From Chitinophagaceae bacterium (GTDB lineage Bacteria > Bacteroidota > Bacteroidia > Chitinophagales > Chitinophagaceae): a stretch of 64,000 nucleotides of DNA. Below, one piece after another: positions 56,225 to 64,000 of the stretch. Made by a program: the position numbers and the translations under genes. The stretch spans positions 117,312 to 181,311 of the forward strand of contig JBGAQC010000008.1 of assembly GCA_044220945.1 (NCBI GenBank), written 5' to 3'. The stretch's first letter is position 1. Every line of letters starts with the position of its first letter. Under the pieces are notes generated by a model. It saw only the letters and a list, made by a program, of their open reading frames with translations, was not told the DNA's origin and ran no database searches.

Positions 56225-56830
56225 ATGAATTACTGGCTGATACTGATTCCCCTGATCAGTGCATTTATTGGCTGGTTTACCAACTGGGTAGCCATCAAAA
56301 TGCTCTTCCATCCCCGGGAACCCCGGAAAATACTGGGCATCACGTTCCAGGGCATTTTCCCGAAACGGCAGCAGCAATTTGCCGAAAAACTGGGACGGCT
56401 CGTGAGCGCGGAGCTCCTCTCCTTTCAGGATATTGAATCAAAAATAACCGACAAGAAAAATATCAGTAAAGTCATGCCCGTAATTGAAGGGCATATTGAT
56501 GATTTTCTCCGTAAAACGCTCAGTGAAGAATTCCCGATGCTGAGCATGTTCATCGGCGATAAAACGATCAACAATCTCAAATCCATCTTCATGCGGCGGC
56601 TGGAAGAGATATTTCCTTCCACCTTGCAAGCCTATATGGGTAACCTGAAACAGGAATTGGATCTGGAAAAGATCGTGGTGGAAAAAGTTGCCGGATTTTC
56701 CAGTGATAAACTGGAAGCCATCCTCTACCAGATCATGGCTCGTGAATTCCGTTTTGTGGAACTGATCGGGGCGGTATTGGGCTTTGTCATTGGACTGATC
56801 CAGATCCTGATCACGGTGGCGACCAGTTGA
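56225..56830 (+). CDS. DUF445 family protein
   Basis: IGWFTNWVAIKMLFHP, QGIFPKRQ and ELIGAVLGFVIG. Confidence 0.88.
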   Translation: MNYWLILIPLISAFIGWFTNWVAIKMLFHPREPRKILGITFQGIFPKRQQQFAEKLGRLVSAELLSFQDIESKITDKKNISKVMPVIEGHIDDFLRKTLSEEFPMLSMFIGDKTINNLKSIFMRRLEEIFPSTLQAYMGNLKQELDLEKIVVEKVAGFSSDKLEAILYQIMAREFRFVELIGAVLGFVIGLIQILITVATS

Positions 56831-56980
56831 TTTTTTGTTTTCCTTAACATTCGGATTTTACAAAATGGATTGATTTTCAGCGAACAATCCACTCCCCGGC
56901 TTGTCTTAACCATTCATCACAATGTCACAAGTTTGTAAGCCGTTTAACGTCCAAATTTGCGGACCTTTTAAAAGTTGTAT

Positions 56981-59674
56981 ATGAGATTTTCTTACTTGCT
57001 GTTAATTTCCTTATTCTATGGTATTCAAAGCTTTGCGCAATTCCCCGGAGCGGGTGGTGCAGGTGCACGTGGTGGCGGAGCCGGTATGGCTGGCCAGAAT
57101 ATGAATATCGGCCGTTTTTATGGCAAAATTGTGGACGCCAAAACCGGTAAAGGTGTGGAAGCTGTTTCAGTACAGCTGATCCAGAATAAATTTGATACGG
57201 TCATCAAAAAAAGAAAGGATACGATCCTCACCGGCATGCTGACCACCAAATCAGGCAATTTCAGCCTGGAAAACCTGCCGATCATGGGCAATTTCCGCCT
57301 GAAGATCACCGCCATCGGTTTCAAGACCATTGAACAGAAAGTGGCTTTCGAAATGAAGATGGGAGGTGGCGATATGACCCAGGCCCTTGCCGGTATCGAT
57401 AAAGACCTCGGCAATATCAAACTGGAAACCGATGCCAAGGAGCTGGAAACCGTAACTGTTACCGGCAGCAAACCACTGGTAAGTACGGGCATTGACCGCA
57501 AGATCTTCAATGTGGAAAAGAACATCACTTCTGCGGGTGGTACTGCTGTTGATGTGATGCGCAATGTGCCTTCCCTGAATGTGGACATTGACGGCAATGT
57601 GACCCTGCGGAATAATGCTCCCCAGATTTTTGTGGATGGCCGTCCGACAACCCTTACGCTCGACCAGATTCCCGCAGATGCCATTGCCAGTGTGGAAGTG
57701 ATCACGAATCCTTCTGCAAAATTTGATGCATCCGGTGGTACTGCGGGCATCCTCAATATCGTATTAAAGAAGAACCGTAAAGCCGGTTATAATGGAAACC
57801 TCCGTGCCGGAATCGACCAGCGGGGCAAATACAATATCGGTGGGGATATCAATGTGCGCCAGAACAAGATCAATTTCTTTGCGAGTGCCATGTACAACCA
57901 GCGGAAATCCATTTCCACAGGTAATACCGATCGCCTGACTCTTGTTAACAATCCCAATACTTTCCTTACCCAGAACGATAAAAATATCAGTGAGGGGTAT
58001 TTCGCATTCATGCGTGGTGGATTCGATTATTTCATCGACAACCGAAACACCCTTACCATTTCCGGCATGTATGTTAATGGACGGTTCAAGCCGGAATCCA
58101 ACAGTGATATTTTTGTAGATACCCTGGTTTCATCAGGCACCAAGACATCTTATGCCAACCGGTTATCCCTGAGTTCAGGGGAATTCAAGAACCGCGGTCT
58201 TGCATTGGGTTACAAACATAATTTCGCCAAGGCCGGCAAGGAACTGACTGCCGACCTGAACCTCAACAAGAGCAATAACGAGAACTTCAATGACCTCACC
58301 ACTTCCAACTACAGCAGTTATGGTGGCAGCCTGCTGCGGAGTTTCCGCCAGGATATCAATGGAGGCGGTTCCAACAAATTCCTTACAGCGCAAACCGATT
58401 TTGTGAATCCGCTGAAAGGCAGTGCCAAACTGGAAATGGGTGCCCGTATGCAGTTGCGTTCACTCGACAGCCGCAATGATATCGGCTTTGTCGACAATAG
58501 CGGCAATACGGTGAAGATCCCGCAATTGTCATCCAAATACAAGAACACCGATAATGTTTATGCGGGATATGTTACCTATACCAACAAAGTGAAAGACTTC
58601 GGCTATCAGCTGGGTCTCCGGGCCGAAAGCTCCGAGTACAGTGGAGAAGTCAATACTGTAGCCCCTACCGGAAAAGACACCCTGATCCGCTACAGCAACA
58701 GTTTCCCGATCAGCTTCTTCCCCAGTATCTTCCTGACCCAGAAGTTGAAGAACAACCAGGAGCTGCAATTCAACTTCAGCCGCCGGATCAACCGGCCGAA
58801 CTTCTTCCAGCTGTTCCCTTTCACCGATTATTCGGATACACTGAATCTGTCGCGCGGTAATCCCAACCTGGTTCCGGAATTCACCTATTCCACTGAATTG
58901 TCGTACAACAAGACCTACGGTAATAATAATACCTTCCTGGCTTCCGCTTATTTCAAGTATACCGATAAACTGATCACCCGTTACCAGGTGGCAGAAGCCA
59001 ATCCGCTGAATACTGCGGATACCCTGCTTGTTAATACTTTTATCAATGCCAATTCCAGCTATGTGGGCGGACTGGAATTCATTTCCCGTATTGCAGTGAA
59101 ATCCTGGTGGGATCTCACTTCCAACCTGAACCTGTTTACTTCAAAAATCAATATCACCGATCCTAATCTGCCGGGCCAGGATAATATCTACAGCTGGTTT
59201 GTTAAAGTGAACAACAGCTTCAAGCTGCCGAAGAATTTCACGATCCAGCTGAGTGGCGATTACCAGTCGAAAACCATCCTGCCTCCGGGTGGAAGTGGCG
59301 GTGGACAGGGTGGATTTGGTGGTCGTGGCGGCATGGGCGGCGGCGGTGGCATGTTTGGCATGTCGCAGAGTGCATCCCAGGGGTATATCCGTCCCAACTA
59401 TGGTGTGGATATGGCCGTACGCTTCGATTTCATGAAAGAGAAAAGGGCGTCACTTACCCTGAACTTCAGCGACGTGTTCCGTACCCGCCGCAGCGATGTT
59501 TATTCGGAGTCGGCCTTCTTTATCCAGAATGCTTTCCGCAGAAGGGATCCCCAGTTCTTCCGCCTGAACTTCAACTGGCGCTTCGGCAAATTCGATATGT
59601 CGCTCTTCAAGCGCAAGAATATGCGTGGTGAAATGGAAGGCATGCAGAACGGCATGCAGGGCGCGCAACAGTAA
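56981..59674 (+). CDS. TonB-dependent receptor-like outer-membrane beta-barrel protein with Gly/Met-rich inserts
   Basis: Signal peptide, VEVITNPSAKFDASGGTAGILNI plug motif, terminal FRLNFNWRFGK strand. Confidence 0.88.
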   Translation: MRFSYLLLISLFYGIQSFAQFPGAGGAGARGGGAGMAGQNMNIGRFYGKIVDAKTGKGVEAVSVQLIQNKFDTVIKKRKDTILTGMLTTKSGNFSLENLPIMGNFRLKITAIGFKTIEQKVAFEMKMGGGDMTQALAGIDKDLGNIKLETDAKELETVTVTGSKPLVSTGIDRKIFNVEKNITSAGGTAVDVMRNVPSLNVDIDGNVTLRNNAPQIFVDGRPTTLTLDQIPADAIASVEVITNPSAKFDASGGTAGILNIVLKKNRKAGYNGNLRAGIDQRGKYNIGGDINVRQNKINFFASAMYNQRKSISTGNTDRLTLVNNPNTFLTQNDKNISEGYFAFMRGGFDYFIDNRNTLTISGMYVNGRFKPESNSDIFVDTLVSSGTKTSYANRLSLSSGEFKNRGLALGYKHNFAKAGKELTADLNLNKSNNENFNDLTTSNYSSYGGSLLRSFRQDINGGGSNKFLTAQTDFVNPLKGSAKLEMGARMQLRSLDSRNDIGFVDNSGNTVKIPQLSSKYKNTDNVYAGYVTYTNKVKDFGYQLGLRAESSEYSGEVNTVAPTGKDTLIRYSNSFPISFFPSIFLTQKLKNNQELQFNFSRRINRPNFFQLFPFTDYSDTLNLSRGNPNLVPEFTYSTELSYNKTYGNNNTFLASAYFKYTDKLITRYQVAEANPLNTADTLLVNTFINANSSYVGGLEFISRIAVKSWWDLTSNLNLFTSKINITDPNLPGQDNIYSWFVKVNNSFKLPKNFTIQLSGDYQSKTILPPGGSGGGQGGFGGRGGMGGGGGMFGMSQSASQGYIRPNYGVDMAVRFDFMKEKRASLTLNFSDVFRTRRSDVYSESAFFIQNAFRRRDPQFFRLNFNWRFGKFDMSLFKRKNMRGEMEGMQNGMQGAQQ

Positions 59675-59703
59675 GTTTTAAGTAATACATAATAAGTTTT
59701 AAG

Positions 59704-59734
59704 AACGGCGGAGTATTTGCTCCGCCGTTTTTTT
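59704..59734 (+). terminator. Intrinsic terminator
   Basis: AACGGCGGAG-TATTTG-CTCCGCCGTT plus T-run. Confidence 0.8.
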
Positions 59735-59746
59735 ATAATTTCGGGC

Positions 59747-60367
59747 ATGCTTACGAAAGCCTATTCTTTCCTGTTTTTGGGTGATTCTTATACAGTGGGT
59801 GAAGGATTACCCCTGCAGGATTCCTACCCTTACCAACTGGTACAGCTGCTCCGTGAAGATGGCATGGATGTATTTGCACCTGAAATCACGGCTAAAACCG
59901 GCTGGACGACCGACGAGCTGCTTTCTGCCATGGGGAAATATTCCTATCGGCAACAGTACGATTTTACCATGCTGCTGATCGGGGTAAACAACCAGTACAG
60001 GGGCCGAAGTGCTATTGAATATGCGTCACAGTTTGAACTCCTGCTGAACGCTGCAAAAGGCCTTGCAGGCGATAAGAGCGGACGTACCATCGTTTTGTCG
60101 ATACCCGACTGGGGGGTAACGCCCTTTGCAGGTGGAAAAGACCGGGCAGCCATCGGCCGGGAAATTGACCATTACAACCATATTAACCGGCAACTGGCCC
60201 TGGAAGCCGGAGTTCACTATATTGACATAACGCCTGGGAGCCGTGAAGCAGCAACAGATCCCGCTTTACTGGCTGCAGATCAGCTGCACCCGTCAGCTAA
60301 CGCTTACAGGGAATGGGCCCTTGCCGTGAAAGATATTATCTATCAACAACTGAATCAACATGCCTGA
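59747..60367 (+). CDS. SGNH/GDSL hydrolase
   Basis: LGDSYTVGE, AKTGWTT, IGVNNQYRG and DQLHPS. Confidence 0.88.
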   Translation: MLTKAYSFLFLGDSYTVGEGLPLQDSYPYQLVQLLREDGMDVFAPEITAKTGWTTDELLSAMGKYSYRQQYDFTMLLIGVNNQYRGRSAIEYASQFELLLNAAKGLAGDKSGRTIVLSIPDWGVTPFAGGKDRAAIGREIDHYNHINRQLALEAGVHYIDITPGSREAATDPALLAADQLHPSANAYREWALAVKDIIYQQLNQHA

Positions 60368-60857
60368 ACCTGAAAAGCTGGGATGGAAAGAGAAATATGC
60401 AGCGCTGATCATCCTGATGATCGGTCTTTTCTACCTTTTCCTGCAAATAACCAACCTGCTTTCTTCCAAGGCGCCCAAGCTTGATGTTACCACAGAGAAG
60501 CTGGTGATCAGCCGTGCCGAACTGATCAGTGACCTGAAGACCTGGGTCTATGTTTTACTGGGACTGGGAGGTGGCATCCTGTTACTGTTCCGGAAACAAC
60601 TGGGCTGGATCTTTTCGGTAACCCTGCTGGTACAATTACTGATCATTTTCACCGGCGTGGTGATTGATAATGCGGCCATCGGGCTGAATGCTTTGCTTCT
60701 TTTCTTTATCGGATTTTCCGCCCTGATCCTTTTTTCGGCGCTTGTTATCCTCCTGCTGCCAGCTGCCCGGGCAAAATATAAGGTCAGCAGGAAAACGATC
60801 CTGCCGACCCTGGTTTTTCTGACCCTTACGGTCCTGATGTTTTTCTTTTTAAAGTAA
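60360..60857 (+). CDS. Hypothetical membrane protein (about 5 TM)
   Basis: Hydrophobic ORF overlapping the SGNH stop codon. Confidence 0.7.
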   Translation: MPEPEKLGWKEKYAALIILMIGLFYLFLQITNLLSSKAPKLDVTTEKLVISRAELISDLKTWVYVLLGLGGGILLLFRKQLGWIFSVTLLVQLLIIFTGVVIDNAAIGLNALLLFFIGFSALILFSALVILLLPAARAKYKVSRKTILPTLVFLTLTVLMFFFLK

Positions 60858-62108
60858 GTCTTCCTCCCGCAGCCTGTAGCGTTCTTTCAGCTTGCGGAGT
60901 ACTTCATCCATGGAACTGCGGTGGTCTTTAGGATTCCACTCACCCCGCTCCCATTTATCCAGTTCCTGGTCAATATGCTTTTTTTGCAACTGGGCCATTT
61001 GTTCCACCAGTTGATCGCTCACTTCCTTCTGTTTCTGGTAAAATGCTTTTTTCTTCTCCGAATAGAGTTCCTTGTCTTTCCGCATTTCATTTTCGGATGC
61101 AGCCATGCTGGTCAGTTCTTCCTTGGCCAGGGCTATATCATAAGGGCCCACCGGCATGATCAGCTTGGATAATACAGGCCCGATCTCGATGAGTATGATC
61201 AGCAGGGAGATCAGCAGGCTGCTCCAGAATACTGAGCTTTCCTCATCAGAAAGATCGCTGAGTGCCTTATTACGATCAAGAAATCCGACATTGGTTCCAA
61301 GAGAGGCTTCGTATTGTTTCCTTCTGGCTTGCAGGTCACGCTGGCTGTTGGCCAGGATGCTGTCCTGGTTAGCAATCGCCAGTTCCAGGTTCTGCAATTC
61401 GGGCCGGTATTGCTGTACTGCAGCCGTATAGGCATTCATCTTCAGCCGGGTCAGGGCTTCTATACCACGTTGTCCGGAACCTCCGGTACCGTCGGCTTCC
61501 TGTACGTAGGCCTGCTGGAGACGTGAGAGTGTATCTTCAATGGCCAGTTTGCGGTCGGTTAAACGGTTCCGCTCCAACCGGGCTTTTGATTCCAGCGCCG
61601 CTGTCTCCAATGCAAGTAAACTGTCGTTTTTCTGCACTTGCAGGTGTTGGTTCTCTACTACTTTTGTATTGATCTCCTTTTCAAAGATCTTCAGTTCCAG
61701 CGGGCGGGCAATTGTAACGCCAATCAGCACAGCCAATGCCAGCCTGGGCAGAGCCATGATATTCTGTTTGCGTTTACTGATACCGTATTTCCGCATGGTT
61801 GATACCAGGAAGCGGTCAAAATTGAAAATGATGAGACCCCAGATCAGGGCAAAGCCGATGGTCCAGGTCCAATTACCGAATACGCTAAACACCGCATATC
61901 CGGCAGACAGGGAAGCGAGGGCAAATGTGGCGAGCAGCACCCCACCCAGCCCGGCATACTTGGTGTGTTCTGAGGGAAATTGTTTCAGGAGTTGCTGGTG
62001 GGCTCCTGAGCACCACCATAAAAAATTTGATTCGGGTTTGCGGGTTTTTCCTCCGAAGGAATCATAAGTATACAATCCATGATCCTCCTGTTGCTGTGGA
62101 GCAGCCAT
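60849..62108 (-). CDS. DUF4407 domain protein
   Basis: FLWWCSGA, KYAGLG, IFNFDRFLV, RLALAVLIG..IARPLEL and coiled coil. Confidence 0.82.
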   Translation of the reverse strand: MAAPQQQEDHGLYTYDSFGGKTRKPESNFLWWCSGAHQQLLKQFPSEHTKYAGLGGVLLATFALASLSAGYAVFSVFGNWTWTIGFALIWGLIIFNFDRFLVSTMRKYGISKRKQNIMALPRLALAVLIGVTIARPLELKIFEKEINTKVVENQHLQVQKNDSLLALETAALESKARLERNRLTDRKLAIEDTLSRLQQAYVQEADGTGGSGQRGIEALTRLKMNAYTAAVQQYRPELQNLELAIANQDSILANSQRDLQARRKQYEASLGTNVGFLDRNKALSDLSDEESSVFWSSLLISLLIILIEIGPVLSKLIMPVGPYDIALAKEELTSMAASENEMRKDKELYSEKKKAFYQKQKEVSDQLVEQMAQLQKKHIDQELDKWERGEWNPKDHRSSMDEVLRKLKERYRLREEDLL

Positions 62109-62267
62109 AATGGTGATTTTAATGATGAATAAAGTAAAGCTTGGCTATAAGTTGGAGGAGGAACAGTACAAAGAACGGGAATCAGGGTGAAATATGTGTA
62201 AAGAAAAAGTGAAATCGCCCCCATAAACAAGGGTAACCTGAAGCCCATCATAAAATATACTTAAACA

Positions 62268-63464
62268 CTAGCTGAAAAGCCTGGGTAATTCTGTCCGGAG
62301 CACTTCAATACTGAGCCAGGTCATGATGCCAACCACGAGCCATCCGGCAATACTCATCCAGCGGGGATGCTGGTAACCGGGGATCTGGTTTTTCTTCCAA
62401 ACGGCCAATAACATCAGTCCCAGTGAAACCGGCAGTATCAGTCCATTCAACGCACCTGCCAGAATCAGCAGTTTCACCGGCTTGCCTATACTGATAAAAA
62501 TGCCTGTGGATGCCAATATGAATGCTGTTATGATCCAGCGCTGGTATTTTTCAATGGCCGGATGATAATTACGGATGAAGGAAACGGAAGTATAAGCTGA
62601 ACCCACAACAGAAGTGATCGCGGCAGCCCAGAGTACAATCCCGAATATTTTATAACCAACAACCCCTGCTGCAGCCTGGAATACGGATGCTGCCGGATTG
62701 AGCGGATCCAGTTTGTATTGCTGCATCACAATACCCAGAGCTGCCAGAAAAAGCAATACCCGCATCAGCGACGCCAGTAATATGGCCTGTATACTCCCAC
62801 TGGTCACCGCTTTCAACTGGTTTTGCCCTTTTACTCCGGCATCAAGCAGGCGGTGCGCGCCTGCAAAAGTTATATAGCCACCCACTGTGCCCCCTACCAA
62901 TGTGATGATGGCTTTAAGATCGGTCTTTTCCGGGAGAATGCTGTGATAAAGTGCTTGCGTTACAGGTGGATGAGACTGGTAGGCCACAAAAAGCGTTAAT
63001 CCGATCATTATGATTCCCAGTATCCGGGTAAACCAATCCATGGCTTTACCGGCTTCCCTGAACCAGAATATAATAAGTGCCAGTACTGCACTGATCAGCG
63101 CGCCATATACCGGTGCATCCATAGACGTATCAACCGGAAAGAGGATATTGATCCCCAGGCCACAGCCTGCGATATTGCCAATATTAAATGCCAGGCCGCC
63201 CAATAAGATCAACACGGAGAGTAATTGTCCCATTCCCGGAAATACGCTTGAAGCAATTTGCTGGGCTGGTTTCTCTGCAACGGCTATAATACGCCAGATA
63301 TTCAGCTGTGCTATAATATCGAGCAGAACAGATACTGCAATCACAAATCCAAAACTGGTGAGCAGTTGCTGGGTGAATACCGTGGTTTGTGTAATGAATC
63401 CCGGGCCTATAGCTGAGGTAGCCATCAGGAATGCAGCGCCAAGGATTACAGAAGAACGTTTCAA
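62268..63464 (-). CDS. NRAMP-like / YcsG-type transporter
   Basis: MATSAIGPGFITQT, FNIGNIAG and GGTVGGYITF; downstream of pxpA, like ycsF-ycsG in Bacillus. Confidence 0.85.
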   Translation of the reverse strand: MKRSSVILGAAFLMATSAIGPGFITQTTVFTQQLLTSFGFVIAVSVLLDIIAQLNIWRIIAVAEKPAQQIASSVFPGMGQLLSVLILLGGLAFNIGNIAGCGLGINILFPVDTSMDAPVYGALISAVLALIIFWFREAGKAMDWFTRILGIIMIGLTLFVAYQSHPPVTQALYHSILPEKTDLKAIITLVGGTVGGYITFAGAHRLLDAGVKGQNQLKAVTSGSIQAILLASLMRVLLFLAALGIVMQQYKLDPLNPAASVFQAAAGVVGYKIFGIVLWAAAITSVVGSAYTSVSFIRNYHPAIEKYQRWIITAFILASTGIFISIGKPVKLLILAGALNGLILPVSLGLMLLAVWKKNQIPGYQHPRWMSIAGWLVVGIMTWLSIEVLRTELPRLFS

Positions 63465-64000
63465 CGGAATGCATTTACAGGTGGCTGAATCAGAATACCG
63501 GCCGATTGCAGGGCTAAATGCAGCGAACTGGCGAAAGCTACTGCATGCGGGCCATCACCGTGAATACAGATCGAACTTGCTTCAATGGCAACTGGTTTTC
63601 CGGTCCGGCTGATCACTTTCTTATCGCGGATGATATGTAATACCTGTGAAACGGCCGCTTGTTCTGTGTTCAGTAATGCATCGGGTAACTGACGGGGCGT
63701 GAGTGAAGCATCATCCTGGTAACTGCGGTCGGCAAATGCTTCGGGAACAACTTGCAGTCCTTGCACCTTGGCAATGGTGAGGAATCCGGATCCGGCCAGT
63801 CCTACCAATAATAACCCCTTATCGTAATCGGCCACAGCCTTAGCAATAGCCTGAGCCAGTTCCGGGTCTGCAGCGGCTTGATTATAGAGTGCTCCGTGTG
63901 GTTTTACATGATCCAGTTTTGCTCCATGAACCCGCAGAAAGGCATCCAGGGTACCGATCTGTGCAAGTACCATATCATATACCTGTTCAGGTGGAAATTT
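63461..64000 (-). CDS. pxpA: 5-oxoprolinase subunit A (LamB/YcsF), 5' end outside window
   Basis: HVKPHGALYN, EAFADRSY and ICIHGD; frame open to the window edge. Confidence 0.9.
   Translation of the reverse strand, partial: KFPPEQVYDMVLAQIGTLDAFLRVHGAKLDHVKPHGALYNQAAADPELAQAIAKAVADYDKGLLLVGLAGSGFLTIAKVQGLQVVPEAFADRSYQDDASLTPRQLPDALLNTEQAAVSQVLHIIRDKKVISRTGKPVAIEASSICIHGDGPHAVAFASSLHLALQSAGILIQPPVNAFR

Noticed and set aside
59672-59703. TAAGTTTTAAG direct repeat at 21-nt period
   Set aside because: AT-rich, only two copies, and located between a stop codon and its terminator; chance duplication is likely.

Overview
Chromosomal window from a Bacteroidota bacterium, most likely Chitinophagaceae. 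This is inferred from protein families, roughly 50% GC, TAnnTTTG -7 promoter boxes and A-rich start regions without Shine-Dalgarno motifs. Content is mostly core genes: ndh, serA, nnr, lepA, tpiA, rpmE2, yajQ, lgt, speA, rpmI-rplT, infC, thrS, maf, iscX/fdx, prc and partial pxpA. It also holds tRNA-Pro(GGG), tRNA-His(GTG), a GDP-heptose/glycosyltransferase operon (hddA-gmhA-hddC-gmhB), two TonB-dependent receptor-like genes and several uncharacterised envelope proteins. I saw no integrase, transposase, prophage or CRISPR array. The most unusual signals are in intergenic DNA. (1) A candidate ~170-nt transcript at 28274-28482 (minus) has an ECF-sigma-like promoter and its own terminator. It encodes a 22-aa peptide that is essentially only a lipoprotein signal, and its 3' half carries two U-rich boxes antisense to AUG-AGA-AAA start regions. 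(2) tRNA-Pro is followed by two 113-bp tRNA-derived units whose anticodon arm is replaced by the same 18-nt GC hairpin. (3) A sigma54-type promoter points at an unannotated 37-aa membrane peptide with its own terminator. (4) 7-, 8- and 9-mer tandem arrays sit directly after stop codons. Also noted: a dihydroorotase-like protein lacking its metal ligands, a thrS-infC/rpmI-rplT operon split by about 5 kb, and two genes broken by apparent single-base deletions (possibly sequencing errors). All calls were made by eye; no database searches were run.
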